Source of the DNA: Sedimenticola sp.
Lineage (GTDB): Bacteria > Pseudomonadota > Gammaproteobacteria > Chromatiales > Chromatiaceae
Assembly (NCBI GenBank): GCA_026196795.1
Contig: JAPHUE010000058.1
Coordinates: 7,745-71,744 of the forward strand
Direction: 5' to 3'
DNA length: 64,000 nucleotides
Shown piece after piece: positions 10,461 through 20,882 of the stretch. The notes beneath the pieces are model-generated. The model searched no databases. It was not told the DNA's origin and worked only from the letters and a program-made list of their open reading frames with translations. Positions within the stretch are counted from its first letter, which is position 1. Each line of letters starts with the position of its first letter. Both the position numbers and the translations under genes were made by a program.

Positions 10461-10512
10461 TGCATTATTTCATCACTTTTTATAACACTTAAAAAACAGG
10501 GAGATATCAGAC

Positions 10513-10528
10513 TGGCTTGAATGTTGCT
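10513..10528 (+). promoter_or_regulatory. Sigma54 (-24/-12) promoter
   Basis: TGGCTTGAATGTTGCT has exact GG-N10-GC spacing with TGGC and TTGC. Confidence 0.7.
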
Positions 10529-10739
10529 TGCTTTGAGTCATGCGGCGATATAGTAGGAATAAAATTAATTCTCCGTGTGTAGGAAAATACCTATCTGAAT
10601 GTAGGACTCATCCTTAGATTAGGTGGTATTAGGCGATGGTTTTCAGAACATAACGACGTGTAGAAGTGATTATTATTCTTGTTTCTGGTTCAGAACTTTT
10701 TGAGCCTTTTAAAGGTAAGCTGCTTTGGCGGAGTCTGGC

Positions 10740-11174
10740 ATGAGAGTGGCAATGTTTTTTGTCGCATTTGGGTTTCTATTTGCATTCGTGATACCCCAGA
10801 TGGTCTCAACTTTTCTTGCGAATGATGATGATCAGGTTGCATGGCAATTGATGCAGGGTGCCGATCCTACAGAGATTTTACAAGAGACTGCGGCTGGCGT
10901 CTCTGAATCATTATGCGCACCAGAAGGTTACAGTTATTATCAGTCGTCAGATGGTCAACCCTTTGTAAAGAAAGATAAAAGTCAGTACGTTGCTGCGCTT
11001 ATTGACGATAATCTGATGTTTTTCAAGCTAACAGAGAGTGACAAGGCTGTGGCGCTCACGGAGGATGGTCAGGATATCGTTGAAAATACTCAAACGCTTG
11101 AGGTGATTTTGCATGATTGCACCCAAAGCAAGTTAGAGCCCATTGCATCACCATTAAAACTCTCCGTTCAATAA
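10740..11174 (+). CDS. Hypothetical protein with N-terminal membrane anchor/signal
   Basis: ORF with hydrophobic N-terminus (MRVAMFFVAFGFLFAFVIP); start uncertain (10725, 10740 or 10752). Confidence 0.65.
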   Translation: MRVAMFFVAFGFLFAFVIPQMVSTFLANDDDQVAWQLMQGADPTEILQETAAGVSESLCAPEGYSYYQSSDGQPFVKKDKSQYVAALIDDNLMFFKLTESDKAVALTEDGQDIVENTQTLEVILHDCTQSKLEPIASPLKLSVQ

Positions 11175-11505
11175 TGGTCAGATTCTCTGATCAATCTTGC
11201 CTGGCAATACGAACGTATTGACTCTCAGGCCAGTGTTTAAGCATAGACACTCCTTATTTCTTTGATAGCCTGTTTAATTACACATCTTTTATTTCCTCGG
11301 GAAATCTTTACAGGACGTTTTTACGTGCTATGCATCCAGCCTTCCGGGCGGTACTATACAATCAAGTCTAAAGATATTGTTTAAGAGGCCGATGCAAGCG
11401 GTTAACTTTGTAATAATAACGTTTTCCCGAAGCTTTGCTGAAACAATGGTCTGGTAGGATTGGTTGTATACAAGCATGGAAAGGTAGGGGTGGAAGGGAG
11501 AAGAT

Positions 11506-13059
11506 ATGAGCACTCATGGCAGTCCACATATGTCACTGGTCAGATTTCAAGAAAACAAGAAAAGAGATTCTCAATCTGTTGAGTCTGATGGCACTAATGT
11601 TGAGTCAGTACACGGGAATATGAGTGTCTTTTCACGATTTCATTCTCTTAGAGGGAAAGTCAGACTCTTTGGGCATTTCTTTCATGCGCAATTTCTCCTT
11701 CTTGCGTGTGTTGAACTATTTTCATTTATTTGTGCTTTTATCTATGTCTTACCGCTGCTGACCCCATCAGTAGCAGAATCAAAGCCCAACGCCAGTTTGT
11801 TGTTCTCCTGGTCTGACGGAGCCTTTGCTGGATTGGTATTGGTACTTGCCATTGCTTCGATGGGGCTTTATGACGCACGGCAAAGAGAGGATATGAAGGG
11901 TGCCCTAGTCAGACTGGCTGTGGCTTTTTCATCGGGTTTTGCCGTTCTAGCACTTACCAATTCATTTATCCCTGTGATTGCCAGTGAAACCACTCATATT
12001 GCTCAATTTGTCCTGATAGCCTTCTCTTATTCTATTTTATTGAGAATTTATTTCTATAAATTTGTTGATGGGAATGTCTTGCAACGACGGGTTCTGGTCA
12101 TTGGTGCAGGTAAAAGGGCGGCATCGATTGATAAGATTAGGCGTAAGACTGATCAGCGGGGCTTTGATCTTGTCGGTTTTGTTCGAACATCTAGTGAAGA
12201 GACCGTTCAGGTACGAAAGCAAAAGTTAGTGAATGCGGATGATGATATACGTACCTATGCTCTTCAGAATCAGATCGACGAGATAATTATTGCGCCTGAT
12301 GATAGAAGAAGAAAACTACCGCTTGATGGCCTGATAGATTGTCGAATGAGTGGTATAGCTATTACAGATCTACTTGATTTTTTCGAACGTGAAACCGAAA
12401 AGATACGTTTAGATCTTATACAACCAAGCTGGCTAATTTATGCGGATGGATTTAAGCGGAACTTCTTGAGGTCATTTGCCAAGCGCTCTTTTGATATCCT
12501 GATTAGTTCATTATTGTTGATTATTTGTTCACCTTTGATGACGTTTACCGCACTTGCTATTTTCCTGGAGAGCAAGGGGCGCGGCCCCATACTCTATAGC
12601 CAATCCCGGGTTGGGTATAATGGCAAGTGTTTTAATCTGTATAAATTCAGAAGTATGCGTACAGATGCTGAGCAGGATGGTGTGGCTCGGTGGGCAAAGG
12701 AGAACGATTCGCGTGTGACTCGCGTGGGCTCTTTCATCCGGAAGTATCGATTGGATGAACTACCACAGCTATGGAATATTTTTGTTAATGATATGAGTCT
12801 GGTTGGTCCCAGGCCTGAGCGCCCTGAGTTTGTCGAGCAATTATGCAAGATCAACGCGCTTTACAAGGAGCGTCATCGTGTAACACCAGGGCTGGCGGGT
12901 TGGGCACAGGTTTGCTATCCCTACGGTGCCTCAAAGAAAGATTCAATGGAAAAGCTGCAATATGATCTTTACTATGTAAAGAATCATGGGATACTTTTTG
13001 ATTTCTATATCCTTGTGCAAACAGCGGAAATCATCTTTTTCAAGAAAGGTGTTAGATAG
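11506..13059 (+). CDS. XrtA/PEP-CTERM-system sugar transferase (TIGR03013-like polyprenyl glycosylphosphotransferase)
   Basis: N-terminal TMs, RRVLVIGAG, FFERET, KRSFDI, KFRSMRTDAE, RLDELPQ, GPRPERP, YDLYYVKN; adjacent to prsR-prsK; start uncertain. Confidence 0.88.
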   Translation: MSTHGSPHMSLVRFQENKKRDSQSVESDGTNVESVHGNMSVFSRFHSLRGKVRLFGHFFHAQFLLLACVELFSFICAFIYVLPLLTPSVAESKPNASLLFSWSDGAFAGLVLVLAIASMGLYDARQREDMKGALVRLAVAFSSGFAVLALTNSFIPVIASETTHIAQFVLIAFSYSILLRIYFYKFVDGNVLQRRVLVIGAGKRAASIDKIRRKTDQRGFDLVGFVRTSSEETVQVRKQKLVNADDDIRTYALQNQIDEIIIAPDDRRRKLPLDGLIDCRMSGIAITDLLDFFERETEKIRLDLIQPSWLIYADGFKRNFLRSFAKRSFDILISSLLLIICSPLMTFTALAIFLESKGRGPILYSQSRVGYNGKCFNLYKFRSMRTDAEQDGVARWAKENDSRVTRVGSFIRKYRLDELPQLWNIFVNDMSLVGPRPERPEFVEQLCKINALYKERHRVTPGLAGWAQVCYPYGASKKDSMEKLQYDLYYVKNHGILFDFYILVQTAEIIFFKKGVR

Positions 13060-13103
13060 ATAGAATCTCTACTAAGCCCTGTAAGTTGTGCTATAGCGTT
13101 ATA

Positions 13104-14459
13104 TCAGGGCTTAATGTCATACTTTTCCATGAGGCTATAAAGAGTTGGTCTGGTTATCCCAAGGACCTTGGCCGTATCCGATACGTTAGAATCAGCGTGG
13201 TTTAGCGCACGCATAATGGCTTTGCGTTCTGCTTCTCCTCGAACCTGTTTTAGATTTAGTGGCATTGTCTCTTCCTCGGCTGTATCCAATTCTAGATCTT
13301 CTAATGTAATTAGGGCATTATCGGCCATGATGACAGCGCGTTTGACGCGACTCTCGATTTCTCTGACATTTCCTGGCCAGCCATGACTCTCTATCGCCTG
13401 TATTGATTGGTTATCAAAGCCGGTGATCTGTCGTCCATACTCTTTTCTGAATCGTTCAAGAAAAGCTTTTGCCAAAACTAATGAATCGCCTTCTCGTTCT
13501 TTGAGTGAAGGAATCTTAATGGTGACCTCACTTATCCGATAATAGAGATCTTCTCTGAATCGTCCCTCTTCTATGAGTCCCTGAATATTTTGATGTGTGG
13601 CACAGATGATTCTTGCATCAATAGGTATCTCCTCGCGACCGCCAATTCTTTCAAGTACTCTTTCTTGTAAAAAACGGAGTAGCTTTGCCTGCAGGTCAAA
13701 GGGCAGATCACCAATCTCATCAAGGAATAGGGTGCCGCCATTGGCATATTCTATTCTTCCCTTGGTCTGTTTTGCAGCACCCGTAAATGCCCCTTTCTCA
13801 TAACCGAATAGTTCGCTCTCAATGAGATTAGCCGGGATAGCCGCACAGTTGATTGCCACCATTTTATGATTTGATCGAGGGCTTAATTCATGCAATGCCT
13901 GAGCAAACAGCTCTTTGCCTGTTCCGCTGGCACCTAGCAGTAATGTGGTTATGTTAGACGGTGCAACTTTTTCAATAGTGCGACAGACTTTCAGCATTTC
14001 AGGGCTTGTAGCAATAATGCCATTCAACGGTGTTTTACTCTGGTCTTGCAGCAGTTTTAAGTTCTCCTGTTCAAGTTCATAAACATGATAGGCCCTGTTA
14101 ACTATCAGTGTGAGCATTTCAGGTTCAACAGGCTTTTGGCAAAAATCATAGGCGCCTAATGCTATAGCCCGCACAGCATTGGTTCTGTCATTGTCACCTG
14201 TTACAACAATTATTTTTGTGTTTGGAGCAATAGTTAAAATCTCTTCCAGAGTAGCGAGTCCTTCACTGACACCGCCCGGGTCTGGGGGTAATCCTAGATC
14301 AAGAGTTACTACCGCCGGTTGGTGGCGCCTGAGTAGGGTAATAGCCTCTTGTCGGTCGCCGGCTATCAACACATCAAAGTCATCAAAACACCACCTTAGC
14401 TGACTTTGTAAACCTACATCATCTTCAACAATTAACAGATGTTTACTCGTTTCCGCCAC
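13104..14459 (-). CDS. prsR: PEP-CTERM-system sigma54-dependent response regulator
   Basis: LLIVEDDVGLQSQLRW, VTLDLGLPPD, GASGTGKE, GAFTGA, C-terminal HTH; follows prsK. Confidence 0.92.
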   Translation of the reverse strand: MAETSKHLLIVEDDVGLQSQLRWCFDDFDVLIAGDRQEAITLLRRHQPAVVTLDLGLPPDPGGVSEGLATLEEILTIAPNTKIIVVTGDNDRTNAVRAIALGAYDFCQKPVEPEMLTLIVNRAYHVYELEQENLKLLQDQSKTPLNGIIATSPEMLKVCRTIEKVAPSNITTLLLGASGTGKELFAQALHELSPRSNHKMVAINCAAIPANLIESELFGYEKGAFTGAAKQTKGRIEYANGGTLFLDEIGDLPFDLQAKLLRFLQERVLERIGGREEIPIDARIICATHQNIQGLIEEGRFREDLYYRISEVTIKIPSLKEREGDSLVLAKAFLERFRKEYGRQITGFDNQSIQAIESHGWPGNVREIESRVKRAVIMADNALITLEDLELDTAEEETMPLNLKQVRGEAERKAIMRALNHADSNVSDTAKVLGITRPTLYSLMEKYDIKP

Positions 14460-14467
14460 TGGCTACC

Positions 14468-16558
14468 TCACTGTTGCACACTGTATTTTTCGAGTTGTTC
14501 TACGCTTGTGGAAATAGGTAAAGAGATGATGAATTTTGAACCTTTACCTGGATTACTCTCTACTTTTATATCTCCACCTAAACTTCGGATATATTCGCGA
14601 CTCTCAAACACACCGATGCCCATGCCCGTTAGTCCTTTGGTTGAATCAAACGGATTGAATAGACGGTGTTTTATGAAATCTTGATCCATTCCGCAGCCAC
14701 TGTCCTCAATCGTGATAATGGCATTACCGAATGCTTGCGACAGGTGAATACTAACATGTCCCTCGCTGGGGGTCGCATCCTGTGCATTTTGAATTATATG
14801 TCCAAAAACTGTACTAAGTTGTTCTTTATCCGCATCTACAAAAAGCTCATTTTCTGAAGATTCGAAGGTAGGCTGGGGTTGTCTTGATGCATAAGCAGAC
14901 TGTGCTTCAGTCAATAAATGAGATAGTCTGATTTTCTGTGTTTTACTGCCTCGCATACCGCTTTTCATCTGTTCCATCAATCGAGTCATTCTATCCACAG
15001 AGTTCTTTACCGTGTTGATGACGTCGTCAACGAACTCAGGTTTATGTTTGTGCTTTTCGGCATTGGACACAATCAATGATTGTTGTGCCAGAATATTTTT
15101 CAGATCGTGTACAACATAGGCCGATAGACGATTGAAGGCTTCAAATTGGCGTGCTTGGGTTAGCGCTTTTTCGGAGATATGCTGGGCAAGATGACTCGCA
15201 ATTTGTTGGCCGGCCATTTTTAATAAATCACGATCTTCCCAGTTGATGGTCTTCTGAGATTGAGATCTTAATATAATGATAAAGCCAATAACGTCTGTCT
15301 TAAATAGTAAGGGGACGATGAGCCACGCATTCTCTATTTCAGCCAGCCATTTGGGTTGAGTGAATTCAGAATATAAATCAGGATTTCTCTGGTATTCATC
15401 GAGGTCTATCAGCCAGAGATTCTGTTCCAGAAATTGCGTTAACGGGTCGTTTTCATTGGTTGAGCTGGTGACGGGTTCTGGCATGTTAAGGCATGAGTTA
15501 AATGAATACTTGCCACTTTCATCGCGTATCCAGAGCGCACCACCTGTGCTATTCACCAATGCTGAGAGTGCCCTGATGGCCCTAACCGGAACGATGTCAT
15601 CGCTGTCAGAGAGTGTGTTGGTGAAACGTAACCACTCTTCACGGTAGTCGTATTTGTAGTTAAAAAAATGTTTACTTAGTAATACGCGAATTTTGGCGCG
15701 TATCGTGCCGGAGAAAAGTATGATTAAGAGAAGGGCGGCCGTACCGCTAAAAAAGGCAATTTGAAGGGTTGATCCCCAGGAACCACCATAAAAACGTATA
15801 TAGTATCCGGCTGAAGCCATCACGAGTAGATAGATGCCTGCACCAATCAGCGTGACCGATTGAAAGACGACATTTCTAGATACATAGATATCCAGGGACC
15901 ATTTTGGATTACGTGCGACAGAGATGGCAATAAGCGGGACCATTAGACCATTAATAAGCCCACGTGCATTCCAGAGTGCCGGGTTGAGTTGTTTGAAAAG
16001 CAAGGCATCTGCAAACATGAAAAAATCAAAGGCAAATATTGAACCAACACCAATACAGAGGTGCTTGATAGCCCACCGCTGATTTTTTGTGGAATTTCTA
16101 AAGAGCTGTTCAAGGAGAAGCAGGGCGATAATATTGAAGAGTACCCAAACCCCCAATATGGCCTCTCTACCAAGCCAGTTTTTATTCTCCGTGATGATGG
16201 ATAACAGTGGGCTGAAGATGGTTATCACGCCGGCAATGCAGAGGAAAAGGTAGTACATTCTTGCGGGTGTCAACTTCCACCCGCTAAAAAGGCTTTCGCT
16301 ACTGTTTGTCTGGACGCTTTTCAGGAGGAACAGGCACCAGAAGGCATCACGAGTAAACTCAAGGATTTGTAGCAGGATAGGCCAGGGAATTAATGTGATG
16401 GACGCAAGTGCTGACGCTAGTGCCCAGATGGCCGAACAGCCGCTAGCCAGAATCAGCAGTCTTCCCAGTGTTCTTCCGCGCCAGGATGTAACGAGCAGAA
16501 TCGTTAACGCTGAGTAAGCAAAAAAAGCGAAGAGATAGCTTGCAAAACCTACATTCAA
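14468..16558 (-). CDS. prsK: PEP-CTERM-system sensor histidine kinase
   Basis: Multi-TM N-terminus, KHFFNYKYDYREEWLRF, GAF domain, QFEAFNRLSAYVVHDLKN, HATPase boxes. Confidence 0.92.
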   Translation of the reverse strand: MNVGFASYLFAFFAYSALTILLVTSWRGRTLGRLLILASGCSAIWALASALASITLIPWPILLQILEFTRDAFWCLFLLKSVQTNSSESLFSGWKLTPARMYYLFLCIAGVITIFSPLLSIITENKNWLGREAILGVWVLFNIIALLLLEQLFRNSTKNQRWAIKHLCIGVGSIFAFDFFMFADALLFKQLNPALWNARGLINGLMVPLIAISVARNPKWSLDIYVSRNVVFQSVTLIGAGIYLLVMASAGYYIRFYGGSWGSTLQIAFFSGTAALLLIILFSGTIRAKIRVLLSKHFFNYKYDYREEWLRFTNTLSDSDDIVPVRAIRALSALVNSTGGALWIRDESGKYSFNSCLNMPEPVTSSTNENDPLTQFLEQNLWLIDLDEYQRNPDLYSEFTQPKWLAEIENAWLIVPLLFKTDVIGFIIILRSQSQKTINWEDRDLLKMAGQQIASHLAQHISEKALTQARQFEAFNRLSAYVVHDLKNILAQQSLIVSNAEKHKHKPEFVDDVINTVKNSVDRMTRLMEQMKSGMRGSKTQKIRLSHLLTEAQSAYASRQPQPTFESSENELFVDADKEQLSTVFGHIIQNAQDATPSEGHVSIHLSQAFGNAIITIEDSGCGMDQDFIKHRLFNPFDSTKGLTGMGIGVFESREYIRSLGGDIKVESNPGKGSKFIISLPISTSVEQLEKYSVQQ

Positions 16559-16905
16559 AGGACATTCCTGGATCAGTTAAGACAGCAAGGTTGATTTTAA
16601 ATTATGAGCCAACTGAGGATGACTCTATTTATTTATGCTATTGCATGAGTGTACCCCGGTCGCGGCTTTTTTTGAATGCCATTTGGCTCGTCTATTTTCT
16701 ACGTACTCCAAGTTCTTTATGTGGCCTCAATATCCATCAGAGCAGCTGTTTATCTCTCAAATTTACTGGCCCCTGAAACCGAATATAAGTACAATCTGTT
16801 GTTTAATTAATGGCTTGGGTCTGAATGATGTCAGATACCCAAGCATCATGTCGGATACTGCGCGTTATGATTTTATCGCTATAGGCAGGAAAATGGGGTT
16901 AAGTG

Positions 16906-17955
16906 ATGTCAGAGTATAATAAGGCTCAGAATGATCTTCGAGATAAGCCAAAAGTCTGGTTAATCACTGGTGTTGCAGGATTTATCGGCTCTAATCTGCT
17001 GGAGACTCTGCTCGGTCTGAATCAGACCGTGGTTGGTTTGGATAATTTTGCAACAGGCCACCAACATAACCTGGATAAGGTTCGAGCAGCCGTCAGCAAT
17101 GAACAGTGGAGTCGTTTCACTTTTCATGAATCAGACATCAGACATCCACAAGATTGTGCAAAGGCGGTTGCAGGGGTGGATTTTGTACTCCATCAAGCTG
17201 CTCTGGGGAGTGTTCCCCGGTCGATTAATGACCCGTTCAATACCAATGAGACCAATAGCACAGGGTTTCTGAACATGTTGATTGCGGCCAGAGATGCCGA
17301 GGTGAGGCGATTTGTCTATGCTGCGTCGTCGTCAACTTATGGCGATCACCCAGGCTTACCTAAAAAAGAGGATTTAATTGGTAAACCTTTGTCTCCTTAT
17401 GCCGTTACAAAGTATGTCAATGAGCTTTATGCCGATGTGTTTGCGAAAACCTATGGCATTGAAACCATTGGATTGCGATATTTTAATGTCTTTGGGCCAA
17501 GACAAGATCCCAAAGGTGCTTACGCGGCGGTCATTCCGCGCTGGATAGAAGAGCTGTACCGTAATACGCCATGTCGAATTAATGGAGATGGGGAGACATC
17601 CAGAGACTTCTGTTACATCGATAATACTGTACAGATGAATATCCTGGCAGCGACCTGCCCAACTGCTGAAGCAGCCAACCAAGTATACAATGTAGCAGTA
17701 GGGAGTCGCACGACACTGAATGAGCTTTATCGCGAAATCAGGGTTCGAATGGCAATGCAAAATAAAGCCATTACGGGACTGGAACCTGAATATTGTGATT
17801 TCAGGCCTGGAGATGTACGTCACTCGCTGGCTGATATATCAAAAGCGGCCAATCTCCTGGGCTATGCTCCCACTCATACCCTGCAGCAGGGTCTGGATGT
17901 GACAACAGACTGGTTTATTGATCAATTCAAGCAGTCAGATGTAAATGATGTATAG
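16906..17955 (+). CDS. wbpP: UDP-GlcNAc(A) C4-epimerase (WbpP/TviC family)
   Basis: [47 protein letters not shown]. Confidence 0.88.
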   Translation: MSEYNKAQNDLRDKPKVWLITGVAGFIGSNLLETLLGLNQTVVGLDNFATGHQHNLDKVRAAVSNEQWSRFTFHESDIRHPQDCAKAVAGVDFVLHQAALGSVPRSINDPFNTNETNSTGFLNMLIAARDAEVRRFVYAASSSTYGDHPGLPKKEDLIGKPLSPYAVTKYVNELYADVFAKTYGIETIGLRYFNVFGPRQDPKGAYAAVIPRWIEELYRNTPCRINGDGETSRDFCYIDNTVQMNILAATCPTAEAANQVYNVAVGSRTTLNELYREIRVRMAMQNKAITGLEPEYCDFRPGDVRHSLADISKAANLLGYAPTHTLQQGLDVTTDWFIDQFKQSDVNDV

Positions 17956-18075
17956 GTGAGTACGGTTGTATTGTCGCGATTCCGTGAACTTAACAAACCA
18001 CTGATCATCATTGACTAACCTTTAGGATATTAATCGCCCTTTGCGATGGGCAATAACTAACAATCAGGAATGATA

Positions 18076-19389
18076 ATGGACAAAATTGCAGTTGTTGGTC
18101 TGGGATATGTCGGGCTTCCATTGGCGGTGGCTTTTGGAAAAAAACGCTCGACTATAGGCTATGACCTTGATGAGCGAAAGTTGAACAACTATCGAAATGG
18201 ATTCGACCCGAGTGGAGAGGTAGAGCCTGAGGGGCTTGTCGCTGCAAATCATCTTGAGTATACCAGTGACCCAGCGCGTCTGGCTGAAGCATCGATCATA
18301 GTTGTCGCTGTACCAACCCCCATTGACCATGCAAGAAAGCCAGATTTGAGTCCGGTGATTGGTGCCTGCAAAGCCGTGGCGAAACACATGAGCCCAGGAA
18401 CTACCGTCGTCTTTGAATCGACCGTTTATCCTGGCTGTACAGAAGAGGTCTGTGTCCCCATCTTGGAAGAAGTTTCAGGTTTAAAATGGGCTGGTGCAAC
18501 TGGAGAAGATTTGGCTGATCGGAGTCAAGGCTTCTATATTGGCTACTCACCTGAGCGCATAAATCCAGGTGATAAGGAGAATCGACTCGAAACCATTGTG
18601 AAGGTTGTATCTGGTGATACGCCTGTAACGAGTGAACTCGTTGCTAATTTGTACGAAAGTATCGTAACGGCAGGTGTTTGTCGCGCGGCGACAATCAAGG
18701 TGGCAGAAGCTGCAAAGGTGATAGAAAATACCCAGCGCGATCTCAATATTGCCTTGATGAATGAGCTTTCGATGATCTTTCACAAGATGGATATTGATAC
18801 GGTAGATGTGCTGGAAGCAGCGGGTACGAAGTGGAACTTCCTTCCTTTTCGGCCGGGCCTTGTCGGCGGGCACTGTATTGGGGTAGATCCCTATTATCTG
18901 ACCTATAAAGCTGAGGCTGTTGGTTATCATCCGCAGGTGATTTTGGCAGGTAGACAAACCAATGATGGTATGGGGAAATATATTGTTGAGCAGACAGTAA
19001 AACGGATGATTCAGGCAGGTCATGCGGTCAATGGTGCGAACGTTATTATCCTGGGCCTGACCTTCAAGGAGAACTGCCCCGATCTCCGTAACTCACGGGT
19101 TGTGGATATTATCGATGAATTGAAGAGTTATCACTGCAATGTGCTCATTACTGATCCCATGGCGGATGCAGAAGAGGCTGATCATGAATACGGAGTCAAA
19201 CTTGAGCGCTGGGAAGAACTCCCCAAAGCACAGGCAGTAATCCTGGCGGTTGCACATGATCAGTATCATTCTCTCTCTGTGGCGGATTTCCAATCAATTA
19301 TGACTGAGGATGCCGTCTTAATTGATATTAAATCTAAACTGAGTCGAGAGGACTTTGCTGAAGCCGGTATTGATATCTGGCGTCTCTAG
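18076..19389 (+). CDS. wbpO: UDP-N-acetylhexosamine dehydrogenase (WbpO/TviB family)
   Basis: GLGYVGLPLA, FESTVYPG, YSPERINPGD, GLVGGHCIGVDPYYL, GLTFKENCPD. Confidence 0.88.
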   Translation: MDKIAVVGLGYVGLPLAVAFGKKRSTIGYDLDERKLNNYRNGFDPSGEVEPEGLVAANHLEYTSDPARLAEASIIVVAVPTPIDHARKPDLSPVIGACKAVAKHMSPGTTVVFESTVYPGCTEEVCVPILEEVSGLKWAGATGEDLADRSQGFYIGYSPERINPGDKENRLETIVKVVSGDTPVTSELVANLYESIVTAGVCRAATIKVAEAAKVIENTQRDLNIALMNELSMIFHKMDIDTVDVLEAAGTKWNFLPFRPGLVGGHCIGVDPYYLTYKAEAVGYHPQVILAGRQTNDGMGKYIVEQTVKRMIQAGHAVNGANVIILGLTFKENCPDLRNSRVVDIIDELKSYHCNVLITDPMADAEEADHEYGVKLERWEELPKAQAVILAVAHDQYHSLSVADFQSIMTEDAVLIDIKSKLSREDFAEAGIDIWRL

Positions 19390-19424
19390 TCATAGTTCTG
19401 GCATGGCTTTTGTCGTAAGAAATC

Positions 19425-19455
19425 AAAGGGGGCATAGGAAATGCCCTCTTTTTTT
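19425..19455 (+). terminator. Intrinsic terminator, probably bidirectional
   Basis: AAAGGGGGCAT-AGGAA-ATGCCCTCTTT followed by a T-run, between convergent genes. Confidence 0.75.
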
Positions 19456-20297
19456 CATGTATGGCGTAGGGGGGAGGGTAGAATCTGATCATTGCGCATC
19501 TGCATTAATACTTCGTTTACATCAGACAGCCCAATTTGACGATGATTTTCTGTCATTCCATGTAACAATAGCTGGCTGCAGATTAAATTAATAAGCCTGG
19601 GAATGCCATGGCTATAGTTGAACAATTGCGGAAAAACCTCACTATCAAAAATTGGCTTGTTATCCTCCCACCCTGCTTGAGTTAGCCGATGCTTGATGTA
19701 CTCTTGAGTATGGTTTTCATCGAGGGGTTTTAATGAAATGACCGCATGAATCTGCTCTTTTAACAGAGGGAGATTGTGAGCTAGAATGGTTTCGTGCAAA
19801 TCCTCTCTGCCAATTAAGAAGATCTGTAACAGTGGTTCTGTTTTCCATCGCAATGCCATTAACAGTTCAATCTTCTTAAGTGATTTTGGTTCAAGATTCT
19901 GAGCTTCATCAATTATTAAAAGCGTTCGTCTGCCAAAGTTCCTTATCCCGGTGAGGAGCTGCTCAAGTTCTTTTAGCAAATCAGACTCGTCTCCCTCAAG
20001 CTTGTCAATGCCAAAACTAAAAGCGATCATTCGGATCAAATCTTCAGCTTGTAACTGCGTTGAAACTAAGTCGGCTGTTACAACAGATTCACTGTCAATT
20101 GATTTTATGACATCCCTGAGAAGTGCTGTTTTACCTGTACCCGGCCGTCCGGTTACAAGAACTACCCCTTCGCCCTGTCGCAATGAGTAAAGCATGTAGG
20201 TCTTGGCATAGTTATAGCTGTCATGCCTATAGCTAGGCTTGGTATTCGGACTTAACCTGAACGGATCGGACTCTAATTGATAAAATTGTTCGTACAT
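19455..20297 (-). CDS. ExeA-like AAA ATPase (PEP-CTERM-associated TIGR03015-like), ATPase domain only
   Basis: MYEQFY..PFRLSP, Walker A GRPGTGKT, Walker B LIIDEAQ, YIKHRL, GIPRLINLIC. Confidence 0.85.
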   Translation of the reverse strand: MYEQFYQLESDPFRLSPNTKPSYRHDSYNYAKTYMLYSLRQGEGVVLVTGRPGTGKTALLRDVIKSIDSESVVTADLVSTQLQAEDLIRMIAFSFGIDKLEGDESDLLKELEQLLTGIRNFGRRTLLIIDEAQNLEPKSLKKIELLMALRWKTEPLLQIFLIGREDLHETILAHNLPLLKEQIHAVISLKPLDENHTQEYIKHRLTQAGWEDNKPIFDSEVFPQLFNYSHGIPRLINLICSQLLLHGMTENHRQIGLSDVNEVLMQMRNDQILPSPLRHT

Positions 20298-20882
20298 AAA
20301 CTCTCAGCGTACTTTGACTTTTTGCCTGATATTTACTCAAGTTATGTATACATTATCAAAACTTGAAATTTCCATTTTCACTCTCTTCCCAACTCCGGAC
20401 ATAAGAGATAGTTTAGGTCTACAGTTGCCTTGGCATTATCGCATATGCACGAAGTGGTGTGGGATTACTTTAGAAAAAAAGAGTGCTGTCACACCGTATT
20501 TCTGGATCATCAAATCACAATCATGCCCAGTGTGAAGGTCTTTAAAAAATATGCTCTGTTTTAAGGCTTTAATTGTCTGCAAGAAATTCTATCTTTATGC
20601 CTTGTGAGGCTAAAATTTGTTAATATGTAGCATTGCTGAGAAACCGCTAGGAAATTATATCGTAATTCGTTGTATTTATTGATAATACTTGTATATTATG
20701 ATTATAGTTCTTTAGGGGTATTGAATAAATTGAGTGGTATTTATACCCAATGGTCTTCATCTACTAAAGGGTTATCTTAATCTACCGCTACAAGGGATGA
20801 TGTAGCGGAAAGTTGAGTTATGTCACATTAATGAGCTAGGTATTTTTGTTACCCGTTTTTTACAAAGGATTGACTGCCTCTT

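Noticed and set aside
10740-11174. Possible PEP-CTERM substrate
   Set aside because: The C-terminus (EPIASPLKLSVQ) lacks the PEP motif, TM helix and basic tail
11296-11476. Partial enhancer CTCGGGAAATCTTTACA and a GG-N10-GC (TGGTTGTATACAAGCA) upstream of the sugar transferase
   Set aside because: Only one half-site matches, the -24/-12 match is poor, and the spacing (~150 nt) differs from the two good examples
19399-19414. Sigma54-like TGGCATGGCTTTTGTC
   Set aside because: The -12 GC is GT, and it points straight into a terminator
20847-20864. TGT..TTTACA dyad upstream of the ATPase-OmpA gene
   Set aside because: Spacing is N12 rather than N11, it abuts the SD, and no sigma54 site follows
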